Source: Deltaproteobacteria bacterium RBG_16_49_23
Lineage (GTDB): Bacteria; Desulfobacterota; BSN033; UBA1163
NCBI GenBank assembly: GCA_001798855.1
Contig: MGQQ01000104.1
Span: 1,093-65,092 of the forward strand
Length of the DNA stretch: 64,000 nt
Direction: 5' to 3'
Shown here: one piece after another, positions 1 to 9,248 of the stretch
Layout of the letters: every line of letters begins with the position of its first letter
Position numbering within the stretch: the stretch's first letter is position 1
Notes under the pieces: model-generated
What the model saw: only the letters and a program-made list of their open reading frames with translations
The model's database searches: none
What the model was told of the DNA's origin: nothing
Position numbers and translations under genes: made by a program

Positions 1-194
1 AACAAAAGATAGTTGAATCCTTTTATATTCTTCACATATATACCCAGATCAACATCGGTCAAGGGTCTCTTTTTGTCTCTTACCAGACCCCCAAAAAGAT
101 AAGCGAAGATAATATTTGGGTCTTCCTTGAAAAGATCGGTTAAGAGATCGATTCGTTGAGGGATGTCTTCTGGTAACTTTTTAAAACGGATCAT
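1..194 (-). CDS. Nucleotidyltransferase-domain (MNT/Pol-beta superfamily) protein. The gene starts at 194 and runs off the window edge, so its C-terminus is missing.
   Basis: Reverse-complement translation gives MIRFKKLPEDIPQRIDLLTDLFKEDPNIIFAYLFGGLVRDKKRPLTDVDLGIYV. It carries the GG...DVDL nucleotidyltransferase motif. Confidence 0.6.
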   Translation of the reverse strand, partial: MIRFKKLPEDIPQRIDLLTDLFKEDPNIIFAYLFGGLVRDKKRPLTDVDLGIYVKNIKGFNYLL

Positions 195-287
195 GTATAA
201 AACATATCACTAAAGGACACAAAATCCAATCCGAATTGCTTCAGGGCAGTGTATTATTTCTTGTGTCAGGGGGGGGTATTTCTTTGA

Positions 288-1439
288 TCATTTCCAAAAC
301 TTTTCTATTAGAATCGGAAGTGAGCTTACGGGTATGGCAGAGATTTTTTCCTCCAGGACATATTCCTGATTCCCGGGATAGACGACCCAGAGATGCTCTA
401 ACTTTAGGTCTTGAATGGCAACAAACATGGAGCGAGTCTGTCCAGGGGCGTCAGAATATTTAAACTCAAACCCAAATCGTTTACTTCCAATCATCACAAG
501 CAAGTCCAGTTCAGCTCCGGAATGAGTTGCCCAGAAATAGATATCCCTCGTTTCAAGCAAGGTTAAGAGCTGTTCAAGGGCAAATCCTTCCCATGAAGCC
601 CCGAGCTTTGGGTGTCCCTGCACATCCGCCCTGGTTTGCAATTGAAGCAGAGTGTGAAGAATTCCACTGTCCCGGATGTATATTTTCGGCGCTTTCACCT
701 GTCTCTTGCTGATATTCTCGAACCAGGAGGGCAGAATTCTAACCATGCAGGTTCCTGCAAGGATGTCAAGGTATCGCCGGACGGTATTCTCCGAAGTCCC
801 CAGGGATCTTGCGAATTCTGCAGCATTCCAAACTTGTCCATGGTAGTGTGCGATCATGGTCCAGAATCGTCTCAAAGTTTCCGCTGGGATTGTGATGCCA
901 AACTGGGGGATGTCCCTCTCGAGAAAAGTGCGGATGAAGTCTTCTCGCCATATCATAGTAGTAGAATCATTAGATGCCAGAAAAGATTTTGGAAATCCGC
1001 CACGAATCCAAAGAGATTCGTGATTCTCAGGGCCCACTTCCCGTAGATCGAAACCTGATAGTTCGACGAAACCGATACGACCCGCAAGGGATTCGGATAC
1101 ATCCTTCACCAGGCGTGGTGAAGCGGAGCCAAGCAAAAGAAACCGGGCTTCATTCTGAGGGCGATCGACCAGAACCCTTAGCAATTCAAATAGCGATGGC
1201 TGGCGCTGGACTTCGTCAACCACTACCAAACCTGAAAGTCCCTCCAATGCCCGCATAGGCACAGATAGGCGGCGGACATCCACAGGATTTTCAAGATCGA
1301 AAAAAGTAGAGTGCTCGTGTTCAGCGATCATCCTTGCCAGCGTAGTCTTGCCACATTGACGGGGCCCAAGAAGGGCAGCGGCCGGATGGACCTTGAACAC
1401 GGTGAAAACCCGATTAAGTGCATGAGGACGTTGAATCAT
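288..1439 (-). CDS. AAA+ ATPase (DUF4143/COG1373-like)
   Basis: 383 aa with a Walker A motif (GPRQCGKTTL) and a Walker B-like motif (LVVVDEVQ). The C-terminal region is typical of the DUF4143 ATPase family. Confidence 0.6.
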   Translation of the reverse strand: MIQRPHALNRVFTVFKVHPAAALLGPRQCGKTTLARMIAEHEHSTFFDLENPVDVRRLSVPMRALEGLSGLVVVDEVQRQPSLFELLRVLVDRPQNEARFLLLGSASPRLVKDVSESLAGRIGFVELSGFDLREVGPENHESLWIRGGFPKSFLASNDSTTMIWREDFIRTFLERDIPQFGITIPAETLRRFWTMIAHYHGQVWNAAEFARSLGTSENTVRRYLDILAGTCMVRILPSWFENISKRQVKAPKIYIRDSGILHTLLQLQTRADVQGHPKLGASWEGFALEQLLTLLETRDIYFWATHSGAELDLLVMIGSKRFGFEFKYSDAPGQTRSMFVAIQDLKLEHLWVVYPGNQEYVLEEKISAIPVSSLPILIEKFWK

Positions 1440-1590
1440 ACCCTAATTTTATCATTGAAAATCGTAATGTCAAGTGAAGATTTTCAATATGTATTTGTTT
1501 AAGAAAGTATCTATTTGGGTGAGTTTTTCCAATAACAAGAGCTTATCATCCACTGCCGTACCTCCCATGCAGAATTTAGAAATTATCTGT

Positions 1591-1660
1591 TGTCATATTA
1601 ATTCAGGTAATGTATATTTTTATTAATTACTAATGAGTCCATAATTGAGAAGACATATTT
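1591..1660. repeat. Repeat family H arm (ttaat..agtccataat.gagaagacata)
   Basis: Related copies are at 13491-13530, 13650-13685 (inverted) and 45141-45180 (inverted). Each is adjacent to a family A GC-rich element. Confidence 0.5.
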
Positions 1661-1676
1661 ATACTGCCCTTCAAAT

Positions 1677-1764
1677 CCCCATCCCCCTCCTAACCTCCCC
1701 CTTGAAGGGGGAGGAACACAACGATTTCCCTCCCCTTCAGGGGGAGGGGATGGGTGGGGGTGGG
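1677..1764. repeat. GC-rich hairpin cluster, repeat family A
   Basis: Two hairpins, cctcccccttgaagggggagg and ccctccccttcagggggaggg, lie inside an outer ccccatcccc...ggggatgggtggggg pairing. Confidence 0.6.
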
Positions 1765-1834
1765 ATTAATCAGATGTTTATTCAATTATAGACCGATTAA
1801 TAAATGCTTAAAAAAGAAGCCGAGTGGTAAAAAA

Positions 1835-2860
1835 ATGCGAGTGGCAATGTATTATAACAACAGGGATGTAAGGCTGGAGGAAATGCCGACTCCAACCGTT
1901 GGCCCTGGAGAATTATTGGTTAAGGTGGTTTCCAGCGGAATCTGCGGCAGTGATGTGATGGAGTGGTACCGGATCAAGAAGGCGCCCCGGGTGCTCGGTC
2001 ATGAGATTGCAGGAGAAATTGCCAAGGTAGGCGAGGGGGTTAAAAATTATAAAATCAATGATCGAGTCTTTGTCTCCCACCATGTCCCCTGTAATACCTG
2101 TCATTATTGTCTGAATAGTCATCACACGGTTTGCGATACCCTTCGGACGACCAACTTCGACCCGGGTGGTTTTGCGGAATATATCCGGGTTCCTGAAATC
2201 AATGTGGACCGGGGCACATTTATATTGCCCGAAGAGATTTCATTTGAGGAGGGAGTCTTCATTGAACCTCTGGCCTGCGTTCTCAGGGGACAGAGATTGG
2301 CAAAGCTAAGACCCGGCCAGAGCGTCTTTGTTATCGGGAGTGGGATCTCCGGAATTCTTCATATCGCGCTGGCAAAAGCATCAGGCGCAGGGAGGGTGAT
2401 TGCGTCCGATATCAATGAATTTCGCCTGAAAGCAGCCAAACGGTTCGGAGCGGATGAGGTCCTTTCTGGAGAAGAGGCGAGTCCAGAAAGGATTCGTCAG
2501 ATCAATCATGGAAGATTGGCGGATCTGGTGATCGTCTGTGCGGGAAGCCTTTCGGCCTATAGACAGGCGCTCGAATGTGTTGACCGGGGAGGAACGGTTT
2601 TATGTTTTGGACTCCTTCAACCGGGAATCGATATTTCTTTTCCGTTTTTCGATTTCTGGAATGACGGAATCACCCTTCTGCCGACTTATGGCGGAGCTCC
2701 CATCGATATTCTTCAGGCCATTGAATTGATTCAGGCTCATCGCCTTCCACTGAAGGAGATGATTACCCATCGTCTCCCTCTGAAAAAGATAGGTCTTGGG
2801 TTTAAACTTGTCTCCGAAGCCAAAGAGTCCATCAAAGTCATCATCGAACCACATCAATAA
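1835..2860 (+). CDS. Zn-dependent alcohol/threonine/sorbitol dehydrogenase family (MDR) oxidoreductase
   Basis: GICGSDVMEW, GHEIAGEIAKVGEGV and GSGISG (Rossmann) motifs. The start was moved to ATG 1835 because the upstream part of the ORF lies in a repeat. Confidence 0.8.
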   Translation: MRVAMYYNNRDVRLEEMPTPTVGPGELLVKVVSSGICGSDVMEWYRIKKAPRVLGHEIAGEIAKVGEGVKNYKINDRVFVSHHVPCNTCHYCLNSHHTVCDTLRTTNFDPGGFAEYIRVPEINVDRGTFILPEEISFEEGVFIEPLACVLRGQRLAKLRPGQSVFVIGSGISGILHIALAKASGAGRVIASDINEFRLKAAKRFGADEVLSGEEASPERIRQINHGRLADLVIVCAGSLSAYRQALECVDRGGTVLCFGLLQPGIDISFPFFDFWNDGITLLPTYGGAPIDILQAIELIQAHRLPLKEMITHRLPLKKIGLGFKLVSEAKESIKVIIEPHQ

Positions 2861-2959
2861 TTAATCAATAATTAATTTGACAGGATAATGATATTTTGAT
2901 AGGAATTTAGTCACCCATATTAACCCTCCTATATTAAGAGGGACCAGGAGTAAACGAGG

Positions 2960-3469
2960 ATGGAAGAAAAAGTGCTTGTGAAAAAGGACCTGGAGGAAAT
3001 ATTTACAGGTTTTGAAAAACGCCAGGATGAGAAATTGAAGGGACTTGAGGTGCGGATAGACCAAAAGATGACTGGCCTTGAGGTACGGATAGATCAAAAA
3101 ATGGCAGGCCTTGAAGCACGGATGGATCAGAAAATAGAAAGCCTTGAAGTACGAATGGATCAAAAAATGACAAGCCTTGAGGGACGAATGGATCAAAAAA
3201 TGACAGGCCTTGAGGCGCGGGTCATCGATCAATTTAATATCATCTCTGAAGGGTTGATGGACCAAATAAATCTTTTAGCAGAGGGGCATACAGGAATTGT
3301 TGAACGGCTTGACCGGATTGAAAAGGAAAATGAACGTCAACATTTAGAAACCCGCGCCCTTGTAAAACTTTCCTTTTCTGAGCTGGATAGGCGACTCACT
3401 GATTTAGAGTCAAAAGTAATGGATTTACAAGAGTGGAGAAAACAAGTTGAATCGAGATTACGGATATAG
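2960..3469 (+). CDS. Coiled-coil protein with tandem 11-aa repeats (hypothetical)
   Basis: 169 aa containing about 6.5 copies of GLEVRIDQKMT-like units. No known catalytic motif. Confidence 0.5.
   Translation: MEEKVLVKKDLEEIFTGFEKRQDEKLKGLEVRIDQKMTGLEVRIDQKMAGLEARMDQKIESLEVRMDQKMTSLEGRMDQKMTGLEARVIDQFNIISEGLMDQINLLAEGHTGIVERLDRIEKENERQHLETRALVKLSFSELDRRLTDLESKVMDLQEWRKQVESRLRI
3043..3240 (+). repeat. 33-bp tandem direct repeat, ~6 copies, coding
   Basis: ggccttgaggtacggatagatcaaaaaatgaca-like units are repeated in-frame within CDS 2960-3469. Confidence 0.8.
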
Positions 3470-3504
3470 AGGGATTAAGTCTTAAAGAAGAGTCCACGGC
3501 TTAA

Positions 3505-4163
3505 TTGCCGTTTAAAGAGATTCCTTCATTCTTCCTCAAGCAACATTCCATGGGTCAGAATTTCCTTGACATTCAGAAGGAATATTTACAAAAAGTTTGG
3601 TTGCGGCCGATTCGAGAACTTGAGAGTCACTTCCTGCCCGATATGACAGAAACTGTCTTCACTTTCAGGCATTCGGAGAGCCCTGCGAACTCCATCCCCC
3701 GGAGATCATTCTTGGTGGCGAACCCCTTCGCAGTGCAGAAGGTATTCTGATTGCCATGTATGCGAGCTTTGTTGCGAACGAGCCGGTTCAACTTAAACCT
3801 TTGAAGTCCTTCAAACAATTTCCAGGAGGGATGGGCTATCAGGGGGCGTTTGCCATGAATGCCGAGAAGGTTCTCCATCCTCATGTCATTGCCATCGAGA
3901 AGCGAAAGGAAGAGATCGTCCTGAGGTTTTCCGGGCATCCTAATCCGGATGCCCCAAGGTGCGATTTCTCTTTTACCCTCTACCCGCTCCCCCGTGTCGC
4001 CCTTTACTACATCTTCAATCTACCCGATGAAGAGTTCCCTGCAAGAGCCACCTGCCTCTTCGCCTCCAATGCAGATCACTTCGTGCCTGTGGCTGGCCTT
4101 GCCGATGTGGCCGAATACACCGCCAAGAAGATCATTCAACTGGTCACAGAAGTGTTGAGCTAA
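3505..4163 (+). pseudogene. Conserved hypothetical gene interrupted by a frameshift near 3640-3660. Possibly DUF3786-like, but this is not verified.
   Basis: ORF 3505-3750 (frame 1) and ORF 3756-4163 (frame 0) overlap. Frame 0 is open from 3624 and reads HFQAFGEPCELHPPEIILGGEPLRSAEGILIAMYASF continuously into the downstream ORF with no in-frame ATG before 3756. Confidence 0.45.
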
Positions 4164-4176
4164 AGAATATACGGGG

Positions 4177-6081
4177 CTACAGGTAACCTTGCTTTTTGAG
4201 ATTGATCATGAGGATGGAGAGGGCAGCGGGAGTGACCCCTGAGATTCTAGATGCCTGACCTAGAGAGATGGGCCTGATTTTAATGAGTTTCTCCGATACC
4301 TCTGTGGAGAGGCCGATGATCGAATGAAAATCAAAATTTTCAGGAAAGTTCACCTCCTCCAGTTTTTTAAATCGCTCGATCAGTTCCATCTGCCTCTTGA
4401 TATAACCGTCATATTTGATCTGAATCTCGACCTGTTCGCACACCTCTTTTTTCAGGCCTTCCAAGTCTTGATCAAAATTTAAAAGGTGCGAAAAATGAAT
4501 TTCAGGCCTTTTCAATAATTCCCGGAGGGAAGCTTCTTTCTTCAGGGAAGTGCATCCCCAATGATGGAGGATTTCATTGTTTTCCCTGGTGGGGGTGACT
4601 TTCGACTCTGAAATTTTAATAAGGGTCTTTTCGATTGCAGACCTTTTCTTTAAAAAGATCCGATAATCCTCTTCTTTTATCAATCCGATTTGATGGCCTA
4701 TTTCTCTCAACCTCAGATCGGCATTATCTTCTCTTAAATGGAGACGATGTTCTGCCCTGGAGGTAAACATTCGGTATGGCTCTGAGGTCCCTTTTGTGAC
4801 CAGGTCATCGATCAATACGCCGATATAGGCATCGGAGCGTTTTAGGACGAGAGGCTCTCTTCCCTCGATATAAAGAGCGGCATTGATTCCGGCCATCACT
4901 CCCTGTGCGGCTGCCTCTTCGTAGCCCGATGTCCCGTTGATCTGTCCGGCGTTGAAGAGCCCTTCAATCTTTTTCGTTTCAAGGGTGGGTTTTAGTTCTG
5001 TCGGATCGACAAAGTCATATTCGATGGCATAACCCGGCCTGATGATCTCGACGTTTTCAAGGCCCCGGATCGATCTCAGCATCTTTATCTGGATGTCGAG
5101 CGGGAGGCTGGTGGAGATTCCATTCGGGTAGATCTCTTTCGTATCTCTTCCATCAGGTTCGAGAAAGATCTGATGCCTCTTCTTCTCTGCAAAACGGACC
5201 ACCTTGTCCTCAATCGAAGGACAGTACCTGGGACCGACTCCTTTAATGATTCCACAATAGAGAGGAGACCGGTCAAGGCCGCTCTTAATAATCTCGTGAG
5301 TGGCCGGGTTTGTATAGGTCATGTAGCAGGGGACCTGTTCCCTTTCGATCTTTTCAGTTGAAAAGGAGAATGGGATCGGAGGTTCATCTCCATACTGAGG
5401 AGTGAGTTCTGAAAAGTCGATGGTATTGCCATCGAGCCTTGGCGTGGTCCCGGTCTTAAGCCTTCCTATGCGAAATCCCAATCTTTTGAGCGATTCGGAT
5501 AAGCCTATGGAAGGAGGGTCGCCTATCCTGCCGGATGGAAAATGGGTCAGGCCGATATGGACAAGACCGTTTAAAAAGGTTCCCGGGGCAAGGATAAGGG
5601 TTTTTCCCTGAATCATATCGTCTGCATCTGTCCTCACTCCAATGACCTTATCCCCGTCAACGATGATCTCTTCAACGGTGGCTTGTTTGACGGTGAGATC
5701 TTTTTGACTCTCCACCGTCTTGATCATTCGGAGCCGGTAGGCCTGGCGGTCCACCTGAGCCCTGGAGGAACGAACCGCCGGTCCTCTTGTGGTGTTGAGC
5801 TGTTTGAACTGGATTCCCGTCTCATCCGTCGCCCTGGCCATTTCTCCGCCCAGGGCATCGATCTCTTTCACCAGGTGACCTTTCGCCAGACCTCCGATGG
5901 CTGGGTTGCAGGACATGTAGCCGATCTGATCGACCTTCTGGGTGATGAGAAGGGTAGGGTGGCCCATCCGGGAACAGGCCAGGGAGGCTTCAATTCCGGC
6001 ATGGCCGCCCCCCGCCACAATCACATCAAAGCGCTTTCGAAACTGGATAGAGAATTGACTCATATGAAATTTATCTTCCAA
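4177..6081 (-). CDS. mnmG: tRNA uridine-5-carboxymethylaminomethyl modification enzyme MnmG/GidA
   Basis: [26 protein letters not shown]-binding N-terminus. The ~630-aa length and overall layout match MnmG. The start may be ATG 6063 (MSQFS). Confidence 0.92.
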   Translation of the reverse strand: MEDKFHMSQFSIQFRKRFDVIVAGGGHAGIEASLACSRMGHPTLLITQKVDQIGYMSCNPAIGGLAKGHLVKEIDALGGEMARATDETGIQFKQLNTTRGPAVRSSRAQVDRQAYRLRMIKTVESQKDLTVKQATVEEIIVDGDKVIGVRTDADDMIQGKTLILAPGTFLNGLVHIGLTHFPSGRIGDPPSIGLSESLKRLGFRIGRLKTGTTPRLDGNTIDFSELTPQYGDEPPIPFSFSTEKIEREQVPCYMTYTNPATHEIIKSGLDRSPLYCGIIKGVGPRYCPSIEDKVVRFAEKKRHQIFLEPDGRDTKEIYPNGISTSLPLDIQIKMLRSIRGLENVEIIRPGYAIEYDFVDPTELKPTLETKKIEGLFNAGQINGTSGYEEAAAQGVMAGINAALYIEGREPLVLKRSDAYIGVLIDDLVTKGTSEPYRMFTSRAEHRLHLREDNADLRLREIGHQIGLIKEEDYRIFLKKRSAIEKTLIKISESKVTPTRENNEILHHWGCTSLKKEASLRELLKRPEIHFSHLLNFDQDLEGLKKEVCEQVEIQIKYDGYIKRQMELIERFKKLEEVNFPENFDFHSIIGLSTEVSEKLIKIRPISLGQASRISGVTPAALSILMINLKKQGYL

Positions 6082-6090
6082 GTCAGTAAT

Positions 6091-6206
6091 GTGGAATATT
6101 GGAAAACTGGAATATTGGAATAATGAGTTTAGAGAAAGAAAAAGAATTTCTGTTTTGGCCTTAAATTATCATCATTCCATTGTTCCACTATTCCATTATT
6201 CCAGGG
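6091..6206. repeat. Repeat family B, an imperfect palindrome of GGAATA(A/T)TGGAA / TTCCATTATTCC units
   Basis: ggaatattggaaaactggaatattggaataatg ... cattccattgttccactattccattattccag. Copies are at 46749-46870 and 52745-52840. Confidence 0.7.
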
Positions 6207-6237
6207 TATTGTTTGATGGTTGGTGCTTGGGATTTTG

Positions 6238-6957
6238 TTATTCGCTATGCGCTATGCTCCATGCGCTCTGCCCTTTGCGCCGTCCTTTGCCCCGGCAAGC
6301 TTTGACACAGATGCCGCAGATATGATGGCTGAAGTGGAGGGTTTTGGAAAAGACTCTCAACTGCTCGTAGCAAAGGGAATGATCGAAATCTCCCTGTTTT
6401 TCCTTAATGGCTCCTGCAGGACAGACTTTCATGCATGCCCGGCAGGAGCCACAGTCTTTCGCCAGAGGGGAATTGACCTCGAGAGGAAGATCGGTCAGGA
6501 TGGTGACGAGGCGAATTCTGGAGCCGAACTTTTCATTGACGAGGAGATTGTTCCTGCCGATCCAGCCCAGCCCCGCCGCCCTGGCCACATGTTTATGCGA
6601 GAGATGACCTCTCTGGTTTTTCCAATCCACAATCTGTGAAGCAGGGATGGGGAGAGCCTTGTATCCAAGGTCCTGAAGAGTTGAAGACACCCTCAACCCA
6701 ATGGTGTCGAGGAAGATATTGACCCGCTGATAATGATGAAAATAGAGAGGCGTGGGTTGGCGGTCAATCTCTTCCAGAATAGCGTCGGAGAGATGGAATC
6801 CCACGGAGACGGCGAATGGGAGGCGGTCCATGGAAGCGGGCAGGAGAAGAAAGTCCTCTTTTTTGAAAGGGCGAAGATCGGCTACTCCGAAGAGGGAGGC
6901 TCCCCATTCACGGCACAGGGACGTTATCTTTTCAACATTTTCCTTTGGGTTAGTCAT
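6238..6957 (-). CDS. 4Fe-4S ferredoxin-type protein, short epoxyqueuosine-reductase (QueG)-like
   Basis: LFGVADL N-terminal region and C-terminal CGSCRACMKVCP ... CGICVKAC cluster motifs. At 239 aa it is shorter than canonical QueG. Confidence 0.45.
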   Translation of the reverse strand: MTNPKENVEKITSLCREWGASLFGVADLRPFKKEDFLLLPASMDRLPFAVSVGFHLSDAILEEIDRQPTPLYFHHYQRVNIFLDTIGLRVSSTLQDLGYKALPIPASQIVDWKNQRGHLSHKHVARAAGLGWIGRNNLLVNEKFGSRIRLVTILTDLPLEVNSPLAKDCGSCRACMKVCPAGAIKEKQGDFDHSLCYEQLRVFSKTLHFSHHICGICVKACRGKGRRKGQSAWSIAHSE

Positions 6958-6997
6958 AAAATGAATTGTGACTTCTCATTGGATTTATTGCAAGAGG

Positions 6998-7245
6998 CCC
7001 CCTCACCCTTGCCCTCTCCCCCTAGAGACTGTGTAGTAAGTCCGTTCATGGTTCGACAGAGCCTGTCCTGAGCGAACCGTTCACCCTTCGAGAGCCTCAG
7101 GGCGAACGGTGAGTCGAAGGGCCCACCACGAACGGAAAACTACACATTTAAAATCAACTACTTAGCCGTTCGCCCTGAGCGTGTCGAAGGGTGAACGGCG
7201 AATTGCGACACAGTCTCCGAGGGGAGAGGGGAAGGGGTGAGGGGG
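6998..7245. mobile_element. MITE copy 1, ~195 bp core with terminal inverted repeats gagactgtgt.gtaa / ttgcgacacagtctc, nested in a GGGGAGGG-type palindrome
   Basis: The termini and internal sequence are homologous to the reverse complement of 34044-34174. The outer flanks cccctcacccttgccctctcccc / ggggagaggggaaggggtgagggg are themselves inverted. Confidence 0.7.
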
Positions 7246-7252
7246 AAGATTG

Positions 7253-8089
7253 TCAGCGGGATTTAATCTTAAGGTCTTTCATCTTTGTTCGAAGGGTGTT
7301 GCGATTGATCCCCAGAAGCCGGGCGGCAGAGGTCTGAACATGACCGACCTTTTCCATCGCCGATTTGACCAGGATCTTTTCCACGAGTGAAATGATATCG
7401 TCAAGAAGGCCGGTCCTGCTCTTCAACTCCACATAGGGATCAATCCTGTTTAACACCTCTGTCAATCTCTCTTCGAGTACCTCTTCCAATAAAGAAGTTT
7501 TCAATTTTAATTTTCTCGATCCGGCGTGATGTTCCTCTTTCTTCAAATGGTAATTCCTGATGGTTGGGGAGAGGATGGCCGAGAGAACGGACAGGAAATG
7601 GAAATCTTCAGCGAATTCGTTCCTGGCCCCATAGAGAGGGTTGATGTTCATGGCTCCGATGGTTTCACCCTCAACGACGAGAGGGATACAGAGCAACGGC
7701 GGCTGGATTTTGTTTATTTGTTTTGAACTCTTAACGGCTTCCTCATAAAGGGGTTCCTGGTTTACATACTGAATGGGCATGGGTTGCCGTGATCGCAGGA
7801 CCTCGCCGATGACCCCTTTTCTGCTATGACAATGATGGGGATGATTTTCCATTTCGATTCCATAAAGGGCTTCGACATGGAGCAAGTCCTTCTTGACGTC
7901 TCGCAGGATAATCGCTGCATAATCAACGGGAAAATATTGTGAGAGGGTAGCCAATACCCCAAGAAAATATTCCTGAAGTTGAATCTGGGGGGGAAGCAAG
8001 GAGATTTCGTAGAGGCTTCTCAGCTCGGGATTGGTTCGGGGCTTGGCAATTAATGAAGAGGACATTTTTGACTCCTCAATCTTATTCAA
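7253..8089 (-). CDS. GAF-domain transcriptional regulator with C-terminal Fis-type HTH and no AAA+ domain
   Basis: C-terminal TSAARLLGINRNTLRTKMKDLKI matches an HTH_8 helix-turn-helix. The N-terminal ~170 aa are GAF-like. No Walker motifs. Confidence 0.6.
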   Translation of the reverse strand: MNKIEESKMSSSLIAKPRTNPELRSLYEISLLPPQIQLQEYFLGVLATLSQYFPVDYAAIILRDVKKDLLHVEALYGIEMENHPHHCHSRKGVIGEVLRSRQPMPIQYVNQEPLYEEAVKSSKQINKIQPPLLCIPLVVEGETIGAMNINPLYGARNEFAEDFHFLSVLSAILSPTIRNYHLKKEEHHAGSRKLKLKTSLLEEVLEERLTEVLNRIDPYVELKSRTGLLDDIISLVEKILVKSAMEKVGHVQTSAARLLGINRNTLRTKMKDLKIKSR

Positions 8090-8260
8090 TCTTCACAAGG
8101 TGATCATTTGGGTTTAATGGGTATTCCGAGGAAAAATTACCAGACTAATTTAATCAAAATAAAGTCAGATTTCAAGATAATTTTGAGGATTTTTATATTC
8201 TTATGACAAGGGTGCTTTTGACTTGCAGTCCGTTGGTTAATTCATTAAAATGCACATCGT

Positions 8261-9205
8261 ATGGCCGAACGGATTGAAGGGGGTCAGCCCCGGCTGGTCA
8301 TCCTGCTTGGTCCGACCGGAGCGGGGAAGTCGGGCCTGGCCATCGAACTGGCGGAAGCGTTTGGGGGTGAAATCCTCAATGCCGATTCGATGCAGGTCTA
8401 CCGTTATATGGATATCGGCACAGCCAAGCCGACACCGGAGGAACGGCAGAGGATTAAGCACCATCTGGTTGACCTGGTTACTCCCGACCAGCCCTTTCAT
8501 GCAGGCCTCTATCGGACACTCGGGAAAAAGACCATTGATTCATTACATCGAAAAGAGACACCCATCTTTGTCACAGGAGGGACCGGTCTCTATATCAAAG
8601 CCCTGACGCAGGGGCTCTTCGCAGGCCCTAAAATCAATCCCGCCGTTCGAGAGAAGTTGAAGCACGAAGCAGGGGAGAAAGGGGGATACCTCCTTTATCG
8701 TAGATTGAGAGAAGGGGATCCGGAAGCCGCCGCCCGTATTCATTCCAATGATTTATTTCGGATCATACGGGCCCTCGAAGTCTTCGAATCAACCGGCATG
8801 CCTATCTCCTTCTTCAGGAACCAGCATCGGTTTGGTGATCGGCCTTATCTCACTTTGAAGATAGGCATTGAAATAGACAGGGAAAGACTATACCGCCGGA
8901 TTGAGGAGAGGGTGGACCGGATGATCGAGAGAGGCCTCCTTCAGGAAGTGAAAGGATTGCTGGAGATGGGTTACGGACCGGCATTGAAGCCGATGCAGAG
9001 TCTGGGTTATAAACAGATGCTGCAATTTCTTTCGAACCAATTAGAGTGGGATGAGGCCGTGAGACAGATGAAGAGAGATACCCGCCATTACGCCAAGCGG
9101 CAATGGACATGGTTTAAGGCGGACAGAGAGGTCATCTGGCGGGACGCATCCACTGATCGAGCGAAGATATTTGAGGAGGTCAAGTCTTTTCTGAGAGAGC
9201 CCTGA
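8261..9205 (+). CDS. miaA: tRNA dimethylallyltransferase MiaA
   Basis: LVILLGPTGAGKSGLAIELA P-loop followed by DSMQVYRYMDIGTAKP. Confidence 0.92.
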   Translation: MAERIEGGQPRLVILLGPTGAGKSGLAIELAEAFGGEILNADSMQVYRYMDIGTAKPTPEERQRIKHHLVDLVTPDQPFHAGLYRTLGKKTIDSLHRKETPIFVTGGTGLYIKALTQGLFAGPKINPAVREKLKHEAGEKGGYLLYRRLREGDPEAAARIHSNDLFRIIRALEVFESTGMPISFFRNQHRFGDRPYLTLKIGIEIDRERLYRRIEERVDRMIERGLLQEVKGLLEMGYGPALKPMQSLGYKQMLQFLSNQLEWDEAVRQMKRDTRHYAKRQWTWFKADREVIWRDASTDRAKIFEEVKSFLREP

Positions 9206-9248
9206 GGAAATTGCCCGGGCTCTCTTGGAGGGAGGAGGGTAAGCATCT

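Noticed and set aside
1754-1834. N-terminal extension of the alcohol dehydrogenase ORF
   Set aside because: The extension is encoded by the GGGGAGGG repeat element. The translation MGVGLIRCLF... is repeat-derived, so the start was placed at ATG 1835.
3043-3240. Regular 33-bp direct repeats that could be mistaken for a CRISPR array
   Set aside because: The repeats are contiguous with no spacers. They are in-frame and encode an 11-aa coiled-coil unit inside ORF 2960-3469.
3505-3750. 81-aa ORF as an independent gene
   Set aside because: The downstream frame is open and protein-like well upstream of its first ATG and overlaps this ORF. A single frameshifted gene explains both.
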